A stretch of 64,000 bases of DNA. Origin: Mobula birostris. Its lineage: Eukaryota. The stretch lies in the NCBI RefSeq assembly GCF_030028105.1, contig NC_092379.1, forward strand, positions 87,407,006 to 87,471,005. Direction: 5' to 3'. This document shows positions 12,913 through 25,822 of this stretch, piece by piece (the first letter of the stretch is position 1; the number at the start of each line of letters is the position of its first letter). The notes under the pieces are model-generated. The model did no database searches. It worked only from the letters and a program-made list of their open reading frames with translations, and was not told where the DNA came from. A program made the translations under genes and the position numbers.

Positions 12913-13349
12913 ATTTGTTACTTGCTTTGGATATTACCTCATTGATGTTGGTTGGGTGTTTGCATGCAGAAATCAGTTGCCATATTTATATGTTAGTAGT
13001 TCAGTGTCAAATATATTTGATTGACTTAGATCACAAAAGGATTTATAAGCAGGAGTTTAAGATCAGCAGCATTGCATTAAAATAAGTAAATTGAATATGT
13101 TTCACTTACACTTGTTGCTTTACTAGAGATCATATCTCTGATGGCTACAGAACTTAGAACTTGAGGGAATAAGTGAAGAGGTATGGAAGATATTCACATA
13201 ATAAGAGTAAGTAGGGGCAGTACATGATTAACGTATGTTTGAAATGCAGGTGGAGCATTCAATTTAGATCTCTTTGAACAAACTGTAGGAAAGATCCCTT
13301 TGATCTGATCAAATAATGTGGGAAACTTCAGTTTATATAACACAGCTAA

Positions 13350-13630
13350 ATAAAGTGTAGGAATAGGCTACTCAGCCCTCAAACAATAATTTTATTCAAT
13401 TAGCAATTTACTAAGACCATGACTGACTTATTTGAAATTATATCTTCTCATTTATATCTACACCAGTAATCTTTCTCCCCCCCCATCCATATCTACCAAG
13501 CACGTACCTACCTCTGCCTTAAAAATATTCAAAGATGCATAGTTTTTCCTAAAGTATTTGTCTCTATTTTTAATGGTTCTCTCCTTAGTGAACCCTTATA
13601 GACGAAACATTCTCTGTGCATTCATCCTAT
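13350..13630 (-). mobile_element. Very old CR1 3' fragment
   Basis: gtaggaataggctactcagccctc...tacctacctctgccttaaaaatattcaaaga resembles a reverse-complemented CR1 3' end. Confidence 0.55.
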
Positions 13631-14347
13631 TATTATCAATCAATATTATTTGAACATATTCTTTGCAATAAATTTGAAAGTAGACATAAAATGCAATCCA
13701 GTTATCATTACCTGGAATATAAAAGGACCATTAAGCTATGAAATTAATTAGCATGGGCTTGTCTAGTTCCTGTGTGTATGACACAACAGTTGTAATTTGC
13801 GATATTCTGATGAAGATGTTATTCAGTATGTATGATTTAATTAATTTGTTATCCAACTTGACCATATGAGTTGCTGTTGTTATGCAAGATCTTGCTATTA
13901 CAATATAGTTCCAATTAAGTTGCAGAATGAGATAGTTAACTGTGATGTCTGCACTCCAACTACTTCATTTAATATTGGTTATGTATTCGGCAAATGCTGA
14001 AGTCTGATCATCCTTATAATTTGGACTTATTGGCACAGCTACGTTTAAAATTACTTAAAATTTCATGTACCTCATTGTGTTGATTGACAGATTAAATGTC
14101 ATTTTTAGTCATTCTACAGTTGTTAGTTATTTTTGCATTTAAAACATAGGTTTTTCTGCAAGAAATATTTCTCCTCTTTCTTAATTTGTAACATTTTGGA
14201 ATCTATATGGTCATATTTAGGGTTGCTTAAACAGCAATCAGATATATTATCACCAGCATGTCTTGAAGTCTGTTAGTTTAGCAGCAGTAGTTCAATGCCA
14301 TACATGATAATATAAAAAGGAATCAATCAATCAATCAATTGCAGTAA

Positions 14348-14348
<1 letters not shown>

Positions 14349-14385
<37 letters not shown>
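14349..14385. repeat. (TA)n microsatellite in the Rex1 3' UTR
   Basis: Read directly from the sequence. Confidence 0.95.
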
Positions 14386-14391
<6 letters not shown>

Positions 14392-15940
14392 TGAATAGAT
14401 TGAAAATAGTGCAAAAACAGAAATAATATATATATATTTTTTCAAAAAGTGAGGTAGTGTTCATGGGTTCAATGTCCATTTGGGAATCATATGCAAGAGG
14501 GGAATCACTCAGGCTTCTGTACCTCATTCCTAATAGTAACAATGAGAAGAGGTCGTGGTCTGAGTGATGGGGGTCCTCAATAATAGATGTCACCTTCCTG
14601 AGAGGCACCACTCCTTGAAGCTGCCTTGGGTACTAGAGCTTAGTATCCAAGATGGAGCTGTCTAATTTTCTAATCTTATGTAGCTTCTTCTTGTCCTGTG
14701 CAGTACATCCCACTGCCATACCAGATATTAATGCAGCCTGTCAGAATGCTCTCCATGGTACATCTAAAGAAGTTTTCAAGTGTATTAGTTGACAAACCAA
14801 ATCTCTTCAAACTCCTAATGAAATACAGCTGCTGTCATGCCTTCTTTATAGCTGCATCAATATATCAGGACCAGGTTAGATCCTCAGGGATCTTGTCGTC
14901 CAGGAATTTGAAATTGCTCACTCTCTCCGCTTCTAATTCTTCTATGAAGATTTGTTTGTGTTCCCTCATCCTACCCTTTCTGAAGTCCATAATCAGCATT
15001 TTCATTTTATTGACACTGAGTGCAAGGTTGTGTTGTGACACCACTCAACTAGCTGGTATATCTTGTTTGTGTATGCCCTCTCATCTCCATCTGAGATTCT
15101 ACCAACAACGAATTTTTCATCAGCAAATTTATAGATGCTATTAGAGCTATACCTATCCATAATGTCATGGGTACAGAGAGAGCAGAGCAGTGGGCTAAGC
15201 ACACACCCCTGAGGTGCACCAGTGTTGATTATCATTGAGGAGGAGATATTATCACCAATCCACACAGATTGTAGTCTTCTGGTTAGGAAGCTGAGGATTC
15301 AATTGTAGAGGGAGGTACAAAAGCCCAAGTTCTACAGCTTTTCAATCAGGACCTTGAGAATGATGTTGTTAAATGCTGAGCTATAGTCAACAAAGAGCAT
15401 CCCGACATAAGTGTTCACATTGTCCAGGTGACCTAAGGCTGAGTGGAGAGCCATTGAGATAGTGAATACTGTAGACCTATTGTGGCAATAAACAAATTGC
15501 AGTGGGTCCACGTCCTTGCTGAGGCAGCTGTTCATTATAGCAATGGCCAACCTCTCAAAGCATTTCTTCGTTGAAGATGTGAGTGCTACTGGGCGATAGT
15601 CATTAAGGCAGCTCACACATCTCTACTCGGCCACTGGTATAATTATTGCCCTTTGAAGCAGATGGGAACTTCCTACCGCAGCAGTGAGCGGTTGTAAATG
15701 TCCTTGAATACTTTCGCCAGTTGGTTGGCACAAGTTTTCAGAGCCATACCAGGTTCAACCTTCTTAAGAACAGTTTAACATTGGCCTCCGAGACACAGAT
15801 TACAAGGTCATCAGGTGCATCAGGGATTTTCATAGTTGTAGTTATATTCTCCCTTTTAAAGCGAGCATAGATGATGTTGAGCTCATCTGGTAGTGAAGCA
15901 TCGCTGCCATTCATGCTATCGAATTTTGCTTTGTAGGAAG

Positions 15941-16715
15941 TGTGTCAAGCTGCAGCTGCTAAGGGACTGCGTTAGGGAACTGGAGATGCAGCTCGATGAC
16001 CTTCGTCTGGTCAGGGAGAGTGAGGAGGTCAGGAGAGGGAAGGAGAAGAGTCGGGTACTAGAGAGTACCCCTGTGGCTGTACCCCTTGACAATAAGTACT
16101 GCTGTTTGAGTACTGTTGGTGGGGGACAGCCTACCTGGGGGAAGCAACAGTGGTTCTGCCTCTGGCACAGAGTCTGGCTCTGTAGCCCAGAAGGGTAGGG
16201 AAAGGAAGAGGAAGGCAGTAGTGATAGGGGACTCTATAGTTAGGGGGTCAGACAGGCAATTCTGTGGATGCAAGAAAGAAACTCAGATGGTAGTTTTCTT
16301 CCCAGGTGTCAGGGTCCGGGATGTTCCAGATCGCATCCAAGATATCCTGCAGTGGGAGGGAGAACAGCCAGAGGTCGTGGTACATATTGGAACCAATGAC
16401 ATAGGTAGAAAAGGGGAAGAGGTCCTGAAAACAGACTACATGGAGTTAGAAAGAAAATTGAGAAGCAGGACCGCAAACATAGTCATCTCGGGATAACTGC
16501 CTGTGCCACATGGCAGTGAGTATAGAAATAGAATGAGGTGGAGGATAAATGTGTGGCTGAGGGATTGGAGCAGGGGGCAGGGATTCAGATTTCTGGATCA
16601 TTGGGACCTCTTTTTGGGCAGGTGTGACCTGTACAAAAAGGACAGGTTGCACTTGAATCCCAGGGGACCAATATCTTGGTGGGGAGGTTTGCTAAGGCTA
16701 CTGGGTAGAGTTTAA
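15941..16715 (+). pseudogene. CR1 ORF1 remnant: zinc-finger/coiled-coil end plus SGNH esterase domain
   Basis: CVKLQLLRDCVRELEMQLDDL, AVVIGDSIVRG (block I), VVHIGTND (block III), LYKKDRLHLN (block V). Frameshifted. Confidence 0.9.
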
Positions 16716-16844
16716 ACTGGAATTGCTGGGGAGTGGGAACCAAACTGAAGAGACTGAGGAAGAGGCAGTTGGCTCACAAATAGTGAAAGCTTGGAGACAG
16801 TGTGCGAGCTAGAATAGGCAGGTGATAGAGAAGGGACGCGCTCA

Positions 16845-19680
16845 GATGGACGGTTTGAGATGTGTCTATTTTAACATGAGGAGTACTGTGAACAAAGCAG
16901 ATGAGCTTAGAGCGTGGATCAGTACTTGGAGTTATGATGTGGTGGCCATTACAGAGACTTGGATGGTTCAGGGACAGGAATGGTAACTTCATGTGCTGGG
17001 TCTAGGTGTTTCAGAAAGGGCAGGGTGAGAGGCAAAAGATGTGAGGGCGTGGCACTGTTGATCAGATATAGTGTCATGGCTGAAGAAAAAGTGGACGTCA
17101 TGGAGGGATTGTCTACGGAGTCTCTATGGATGGAGGTTAGGAACAGGAAGGGGTCAATAACTTTACTGGGTGTTTGTTATAGGCAGCCCAATAGTAACAG
17201 GGATATCGAGGAGCAGATAGGGAAACAGATCCTGGAAAGGTGTAAAAATAACAGAGTTGTCATGATGGGAAATTTTAATTTCCCAAGTATCGATTGGCAT
17301 CTCCCTAGAGCAAGGAGATAAGATGGGGTGGAGTTTGTTAGGTGTGTTCAGGAAGGTTTCTTGACACAATATGTAGATAAGCCTACAAGAGGAGAGGCTG
17401 TACTTGATCTGGTATTGGGAAATGAACCTGGTCAGGTGTCAGATCTCTCAGTGGGACAGCATTTTGGAGATAGTGATCATAATTCTATCTCCTTTACAAT
17501 AGCATTGGAGAGAGATAGGAACAGACAAGTTAGAAAAGCGTTTAATTGGAGTAAGGGGAATTATGAGGCTATCAGACAGGAAATTGGAAGCTTAAATTGG
17601 GAACAGATGTTCTCAGGGAAAAGTATGGAGAAATGTGGCAAATGTTCAGGGGATATTTGTGTGGAGTTCTGCATAGACCTTCCAATGAGACAGGAAAATT
17701 ATGTTTAATGTTTTATGAAATTATGTTAGGTACATTCCAATGAGACAGAGAAATTATGTTAGGGTACAGGAACCATGGTTTACAAAGGCTGTAATAAATC
17801 TAGTCAAGAAGAAAAGAAAAGCTTACAAAAGGTTCAGAGAGTTAGGTAATATTAGGGATCTATAAGATTATAAGGCTAACAAGAAGGAGCTTAAAAAGGG
17901 AATCAGGACAGCCAGAAGGGGCCATGAGAAGGCCTTGACAAGCAGGATTAAGGAAAGCCCCAAGGCATTCTACAGGTATGTGAAGAGCAAGAGGATAAGA
18001 CGTGAAAGAATAGGACCTATCAAGTGTGACAGTAGGAAAGTGTGTATGGAACCAGAGGAAATAGCAGAGGTACTTAATGAATACTTTACTTCAGTATTCA
18101 CTATGAAAAAGGATCTTGGTGATTGTAATGATGACTTGCTGCAGACTGAAAAGCTTGAGCATGTAGATATTAAGAAAGGCGATGTGCTGGAGCTTTTGGA
18201 AAGCATCAAGTTGGATAAGTTGCCGGGACCGGATGAGATGCACCCCAGGCTACTGTGGGAGGTGAGGGAGGAGATTGCTGAGACCCTGGCAATGATCTTT
18301 GAATCATTAATGGGGATGGGAGAGGTTCTGAAGGATTGGAGGGTTGCAGATGTTGTTCCTTTATTCAGTAGAGATAGCCCAGGAAATTATATCCAGTGAG
18401 TCTTACTTCAGTGGTTGGTAAGTTGATGGAGAAGATCCTGAGAGGCAGGATTTATGAACATGCGGAGAGGTATAATATGATTAGGAATAGTCAGCATGGC
18501 TTTGTCAAAGGGAGGTTGTGCCTTACGAGCCTGATTGAATTTTTTGAGGATGTGACTAAGCACATTGATGAAGGAAGAGCAGTAGATGTAGTGTATGTGG
18601 ATTTCAGCAAGGCATTTGATAAGGTACCCCATGCAAGGTTTATTGAGAAAGTAAGGAGGCATAGGATCCAAGAAGACATTGCTTTATGGATCCAGAACTG
18701 GCTTGCCCACAGAATGCAAAGAGTGGTTGTAGACGGGTCTTATTCTGCATGGAGGTCGGTGACCAGTGGTGTGACTCTGGAATCTGTTCTGGGACCCTTA
18801 TTCTTTGTGATTTTTATAAATGACCTGGACGAGGAAGCGGAGGGATGGATTAGTAAGTTTGCTGATTACACTAAGGTTGGGGGTGTTGTAGATATTGTGG
18901 AGGGCTGTCAGAATTTACAGTGGGACATTGATAGGATGCAAAACTGGGCTGAAAAGTGGCAGATAGAGTTCAACCCAGGTAAATGTGAAGTGGTTCATTT
19001 TGGTAGGTCAAATATGATGGCAGAATATAGTATTAATGGTAAGACTCTTGGCAGTGTGGAGGATCAGAGGGATCTTGCGATCCAAGTCCATAGGACGCTC
19101 AAAGCAGCTGCGCAGGTTGACGCTGTGATTAAGAAGGCATACGGTGTACTGGCCTTCATTAATCATGGAATTGAATTTAGGAGCCGAGTGGTAATGTTGC
19201 AGCTACATAGGACATTGGTCAGACCCCACCTGGAGTACTGTGTTCAGTTCTGGTCGCCTCACTACAGGAAGGATGTGGAAGCCATAGAGAGGCTGGAGAG
19301 GAGATTTACAAGGATGTTGCCTGGATTGGGGAGCATACCTTATGAAAACAGGTTGAGTCAACTCGGCCTTTTCTCCTTGGAGCAATGGAGAATGAGAGGT
19401 GACCTGATAGAGGTGTATAAGATGACAAGAGGCATTGATTGTGTGGATAGTCAGAGGCTTTTTCCCAGAGCTGAAATGGTTGCCACAAGAGGACACAGGT
19501 TTAAGGTGCTGGGGAGTAGGTACACAGGAGATGTCAGGGGTAAGTTTTTTACTCAGAGTACTGAGTGCGTGGAATGGGCTGCCGGCAACCGTGGTGGAGA
19601 CGGATATGATAGGGTCTTTTAAGAGACTTTTAGATAGGTACATGGAGCTTAGAAAAATAGAGAGCTATGGGAAAGTCTAG
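16845..19680 (+). pseudogene. CR1 ORF2 (APE endonuclease and RT), frameshifted
   Basis: ITETW, GNFNFP, LDLVL, SDHN (APE). SQHGF, DFSKAFD, SVLGPL, KFADY (normally FADD), RPHLEYC (RT). Confidence 0.95.
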
Positions 19681-21133
19681 TAATTTCTAAGGTAGGGACA
19701 TGTTCAGCACAGCTTTGTGGGCCGAAGGGCCTGTATTGTGCTGTAGGTTTTCTATGTTTCTATGTTTCTAAGTAATGTCTTACAAACTCTGCCAGAGTTG
19801 GCATGCATCCGATGTCGCCTCCAACCTCCCTTGGAATTGTCTCTTCATCCTTGAAATAGCCATTTACGAGGTACAAGACATACCTGGTTTTCTTGTACAG
19901 ACCTGGGTCACCAGACTTAAATGCCACAGGTGAACATATAAAATAAACATGTAAAATTAACATGTAGATGTCTGACATTTCATAACTATTTACCAGGATT
20001 ATTGAAACAAAAGTTTGATTACTGATTTAATTCATGATTTTTAAAAATATTATTTTAATTATAAAAAATAAAAGACAAGCTGATGCATGGTTTTCAGGTA
20101 TCAAGAGTGGGCTTTCCACAGTAGGTCAGTCAGAGAAATTATTTTTATACACTTGAACATGATTATACATTTCTCAGAACAGCCCATGAAGGAGCCATTA
20201 ATTAAACTTAATAGACTTTTGAAAACTATACCGACAACTGTCATGGTTCAGCAGGGAGAATAACTTTACTTGTAGTAAACAAATTCAAGCTTGCTATCCT
20301 TATGCTAATCATGCTTCATTGTGTTGCAAGCATGAAGCATATCATTTTACTGCAGGGAAGTCGTAGCAGTTGTCAATCAGATTGTGGTAGTGAGAAGTAT
20401 CATTTTTGGATGAAGCTGCTTTGTGTATTTACGCCAAGTGAGAGAAGACCTATATTTATACTGTGGGTTTAGTTCCTTTTAGTGCACCCCTCCAAAATAA
20501 AACATCCAGCCAAAAACAATTTACATCTCTTAAGGTACTGGCACTGTGTAGCAGCTATTTTTGACAGAACATGGTCCAGCAATCAAATATGTAGTTGCAG
20601 CCATATGTTATAGAAATATATAGATAGGATTGGAGGAATAATTCATCTATTCTTCTCCAAATTATTGCCACAGAGATTCATAAGTATATTCAATTCTCTA
20701 TGATATTTCATGTCCTCTGTGAAAGACAACATAGCTGACTGTTGCACACTGTTAGAGTTGCACAAGGGTGTTCGGCTTGGTTTTTGTTCAGATTCTTGAG
20801 CAAAGATCAATAGAATGATGCACCCATCAACAATAAAGGCCAGAATCAGATTTATTAATGGTCCTGCTAGACCATGAAAATTCTGATATGGAAATCCGCT
20901 CAGAAACATATTGTTTACTCATAGAAGAGCACAAAAAAACTACAGATATGACTCCCCATCATGTCATTTAGTTGATTTTTAAATACTTACTAATTCTAAG
21001 TTAATTCCATAAGTTTTCTATAAGCATAAAATAAATCCCTGTCATTATTCTTATGGCATAATATAATATTCAATTAGTGTCTGTTTTGTCCAGTTCTCAA
21101 GATAGTTTGATGCCATTTTTCCAATTAACCATT

Positions 21134-22955
21134 TCCACAAAATGCTGGAAGAACTCAGCCGGTCAGGCAGCATCTATGAAAATGAATAAAGAGTCAAAAT
21201 TACAGACTGCGACCCTTCTTCAGAACTGGAAAGGGAGGGCAAAGATGCCACAATAAAAAGGTGGAGGAGGGGAAGGTGGATCACTGGTAGGTCGTAGGTG
21301 GAGCAAAGTAAATAGAAAAGGTAAAGGTCTAGAAAAGAAGAAATCTGATAGAAGAAGAGTGGGCTATGGGAGAAAGGGAAGAAGGAGGGCCACTGAAATA
21401 AGAAATCAGTGTTTATGGCATCAAGTTGGAGGCTTCATAGGTGCAATATGTGGTGCTGTCCTTCTATCCTGACAGCGGCCTCAGATGGCAAAAGAGGAGG
21501 CCATGGATCAACATGGGGATAGTTGGCCACTGAGAAATTCCACATATGGCAGATGGAGCGGAGGTCCTCTAACATACGATGGGTCTTACCAGTGTAGAGA
21601 AGGACAGAGAGAGAAACAAATACAATATACTACCACACCAGATTCACAGCTGAATTGTTGCCTCACCTGGAAGGACTGTTTGAGGGCCTGAATGGAGGTA
21701 AGGGAGGATGTAAATGGGCAGGTGTGGTATACCTGTTACTTGTGGGAATACGTGCCAGGAAGGAGATTAGTGGGGAGGGATGAACAAACAAGGGATTCAT
21801 GAGGGGTGAGACTCTTGTGGAAAGAGGAGAGTGGATGGAAATATAGAAGTGTTTGGTGGTAGGATCCCGTTGAAGATGTTAGAAGTTATGGAGAATCATG
21901 TGTGAATCATGGATGTGGAGGCACTTTGGGTTTTAGGTGAGGACAAGAGGAACAGTATCCCTGTTAAGGTGGCAGGAAGATGGGGTGAGCATGGATGTCT
22001 GGGAAATGAAGGAGATGCAGGAGCGGACAGCATCAATGGTGAAGGAAGGGAAACCCCAGTTCTTTGCAGATGGAAGACAGCTCTGATGTTCTGGAAAGGA
22101 AAGCCTCATTCTGGAAGCAGGTGCAGTGGAGTCAAAGGAACTGAGAAAAGAGAATGAGATTTTTACAGGTGACAGGTTGGGAAGAGTATAGTCAAGACAG
22201 CCGTGGAAATTGACAGGCTTATAAAAGGTGTCAATAGATAGTTTGTCTCCAGAGATTTCAATGGAGACATTCATAAAGGGGAGGGAGATGTCAGAAATGG
22301 ACCAAATAAATTTAAAGGCAGGGTGGAAGTTAGAGGCAAAGTTGATGAAATTGACGAGCTCAGCATGGGTTCATGAATACTTTATACTTTATACTTTATT
22401 GTCGCCAAACAATTGGTACTAGAACGTACAATCATCACAGCGATATTTGATTCTGCGCTTCACACTCCCTGTACAAATACTAAATATTAAAGATATTAAA
22501 ATAGTTAAAATTAGTAAATATTAAAAATTTAAATTATAAATCATAAATAGAAAATAGAAAAATGGGAGGTAAGGTAGTGCAAAAAAAAAAATGAGAGACA
22601 GGTCCAGATATTTGGAGGGTACGGCCCAGATCTGGGTCAGGATCCGTTCAGCAGTCTTATCACAGTTGGAAAGAAGCTATTCCCAAATCTGGCCATACGA
22701 CTCCTCAAGGTCCTGAGCCTTCTCCCAGAGGGAAGAGGGAAAAAAAGTAAAAACACCAATGTAGCTGCCAATGTACTACAGGAAGAGTTGGGGAGCATTA
22801 TCAGGGAAGGCTTGGAGCATGGACTGTTCTTCGTAGCCACCAAAAAGACAGGCATAGTTGGTGTCCATGTGCATGCCAATGGCTACCCCTTGAGTCTGGA
22901 GAAAGTGAGAGGAGCTGAAGGAGAAAATTATTGATACTGACAGAGGAGGGTGGTG
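21134..22955 (-). mobile_element. Penelope-like element (RT C-half, GIY-YIG remnant, terminal repeat)
   Basis: FSFSSSHFLQTQGVAIG..YACLF, DKLSIDTFYKP..LDYT, and LYTGKT (degenerate YIGET) near 21590. Terminal repeat at 21134-21230. Confidence 0.85.
22376..22755 (-). mobile_element. Rex1/Babar 3' fragment nested in the Penelope element
   Basis: PLPSGRRLRTLRSRMARFGNSFFPTVIRLLNGS, tail (ATAAAGT)n. Confidence 0.9.
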
Positions 22956-22959
22956 GTCA

Positions 22960-23140
22960 AAGGCACCAACGTAGCATACCCACAATTTGATCATCCTTAC
23001 CTGAACCATATGCCTTTGGAATGTAGGAGGAAGCCAAAGCACATGGAAAACAAACAATCATGGGGAGATTGTACAAAATACTCACAAACAGCTGCTGTTG
23101 TAGAGCTATTACGCAGGTCACTATGCTATCATGCGACCCT
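22960..23140 (-). mobile_element. V-SINE
   Basis: ctttggaatgtaggaggaagccaaagcac...catggggagattgtacaaa is a reverse-complemented V-domain. Confidence 0.65.
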
Positions 23141-25129
23141 ACATATAGATACAGTACATATAGATATACATATGAATAATCTATGGATTCCATATTGTGA
23201 CCAAGAAAATAGATCATTTCAAGCTGTTTATATCTATTCTATGTGATTTAACAGTCCAGTTGTCTCTTCTCAGTTATTACCTGCATCTTTGGGATTCTAG
23301 TGAACAAGCTAATGTCCGACTCAGATGTCAGACATGCTTTCCATATCACTTGCAGAGTAATTTACAAATTTTGGAGCATTGTAGTTGGGACAGCCCTCAC
23401 TGGGGAGTCCTGGGACAATGAGGTCCACTTAATGCAGCATTAAGGGATCCAAATAAGAGATATCTCATGTTTGCTTTTATCCTTCCCTGACATAGATTAT
23501 TTTTTCCTTCTCCCCTTCCTGAGTTGATCACCAACCTAGCTGCCTTCACTGCCTGCCCTCTGCATGCTTCACTTGAATATATGCCACACCATATGATGTG
23601 ATACTGAACTGCCACTCCTGAACACAGTACAGCTCAGGAAAGATTATTGTGGTGGAACTGAAAGAGCCAAAGCATTGGTGACTAAGGAGTTAACTAGGAT
23701 GGTGACTGCCAAACATTTAATGATGGCTTAATACTGAAGGGAGTAAAATCATATGATCTTTGGAGCAGAGATTCATGGGTTGGAAGCCAAGAGAAAAAGA
23801 AGCCAAATATAGTTCTAAAAGATAGGAGAAGTTGTGAGACCAGAATCAAAGGAATGCTGTGGTCAGAGTCAGCAACCTGACAATCAGGGTGTAGGAGAAT
23901 TCTCAGAAGAAAAGGCATATCAGAAACTTAGTATGCATTAGATACATTTAAGAAATTATGAGAATAGAATAGAGGAGGTGACCTGGAGAGAAACTGCTGT
24001 TCATACAGCTGTAAGATCATAGGGTCTTGTAATAAGGTAGTGTTTAAGTGCTTACTCAACAACTACAGTCAGGGTAAGAGGAAGGAGAGTCATTAATGGT
24101 GCAGGAAATAGGTGGAAATTAGATGTGGATCTGATGAAACTAAGTTTGCACACTATCACTAGAATTCCATACCACGAAGCTCTCAAATCCTTGTCTTTCT
24201 CACAGGAGATTTTGAATTATTTGACACAAATTTATTGTTTTTCCACAGATTCAAAATCTATCCAAGGTCAAAAGTAACATTCTATGGCCTATAAAGATTT
24301 ACTTTATTCCACTTTCTATAATCTTTAACATGATTAAATGTACAGTCCTAGTTTATTACTGTCCAGGTCAGCCATACTGTCCTTACCTCCTGATGTATAA
24401 ATCTTCAGCTATGGCTTCCCTACTTGACTGCACGCTTCCTCTGGAGCTCCTAGGGAATTAACCTTAATTCTGTGTCTTTCCGCAATTACAGGGTGTTCTT
24501 GACAACTGCTTCAGTTTGGATGCTAAAAAAAAAAAGCTCAGTTGGACATCCCTTCACTTTTCTGTTATCTTTGCACAGGTGGTCAGCAATTTTATACAGC
24601 TGATAACTAGGACAATCCATCAACATTAGGCCTTGAGCAAACCCCACAAAATAGGTATCAATTCCATTCTCCATCCAGGGAACTGTCCTATATCAAATTG
24701 AGCTGATTGCAAACACAATGCATTTATTACTGAAATTTCAGGTGAGCTTCCAATTTTGTATTTTCTTTCTTATTGAGGGAGCAGGGTGTAACATAACCAT
24801 GATATTAAATTTGCCACAATCCAAGTTCATCTCAACTTTCCAGCTGCTAAATCCCTCAGCCAGACCCTAGTTTTAACTGTTCCCCTGAATTTCTGGCTGG
24901 TTGTTATTCATTACGTTTCACTAGCTGAAACCCTACTGCCTATATCTTATCTTGCACTGAATCTGTGAGATTGCTAAATTAAACTGGCTTGTGCTTCACC
25001 AATACTCAAAATCAAAAGATCTCATTTTGTTAATATTGATTATTGATTGAATTGATGGACTGAAGATCCAGTTTCCTTGCTGTGTGACTGAATAACTTTC
25101 ATGATCTCACACCTATCTGCCACTCAATA

Positions 25130-25822
25130 CTTCCAGCCATTCAGTTCCCAACACCTGCCGTCCATGACATTCTTAAACTCTCACTGTTTCAGATTGTCAT
25201 TCCCTTCAGCTTTAAGAAGTCTACAATCATCCCAGTGCCCAAGAAGAACAGGTAACATGCCTAAATGACAACAGCCCATTGTCTCTAACCTCTACCATCA
25301 TGAAATTTGCAAGAGGCTGGCCATTGTACACGTCAAATCCAATTTTCCAGAGAAATTGAACCCACTGCAATTTACCAACCACAAAGACAGTTCTATGGCA
25401 AACACCATCCCCTGGCTTTAAAGACATGTATGTCAGATTGTTATTTATTGAAGACAGTTCTGCATTCAATATGATTATTTCATGCAAACTCATCATCAAA
25501 CTCTGTTCCCTGGGAGTTAATACATCCCTGTATAACAAGATCCTTGACTTCCTGACCAACGGAATCAGTCAGTAAGGATAGGCAGGAACAACTCTGTCAT
25601 GACCATTCTGAACACTAATGCAACAAAACATTGCACTCTTGGCCCCCTAATCTACTCCACGTGCACTCATGACTCTGTGGACAAATTCTGCTGAACCTTC
25701 ATCTACAAGTTTGCTGATGATATCACCATTGTGGGCTGCATTTCAAATAAGAATGAGTCAGAGTACAGGAAGGAGATAGAGAGCTCAGTGTCATATTTAC
25801 ATGACAACAACCTTTCTCCCAG
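25130..25822 (+). mobile_element. Old Rex1/Babar RT fragment
   Basis: acaatcatcccagtgcccaagaagaac..tgcctaaatgac and atctacaagtttgctgatgat (YKFADD). Confidence 0.85.

Larger units (their letters stand above)
15941..19770 (+). mobile_element. Near full-length CR1 LINE (subfamily A)
   Basis: Partial ORF1 plus decayed ORF2, (TTTCTATG)n tail, 4-bp TSD AAGT at 15938-15941 / 19770-19773. Confidence 0.97.
14235..19935 (-). mobile_element. Rex1/Babar LINE (14235-15940 and 19771-19935) split by CR1
   Basis: [45 protein letters not shown]. Removing the CR1 restores ..DACQLWQSL*DIT|SYKAK. Confidence 0.92.

Noticed and set aside
19760-19978. Exon-like ORF (SGDPGLYKKTRY...) with a gtaaga donor
   Set aside because: It is the continuation of the Rex1 LINE split by the CR1. 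Another frame reads AISRMKRQFQGRLEATSDACQLW.
20310-20340. Hairpin atgcttcat/atgaagcat as a miRNA precursor
   Set aside because: The stem is only 9 bp, too short for a pre-miRNA.
24380-24690. Possible minus-strand exons (ORF 24486-24674, gag|gtaagg donor)
   Set aside because: Stops occur in all frames after the best acceptor, and the peptide is not recognisable.
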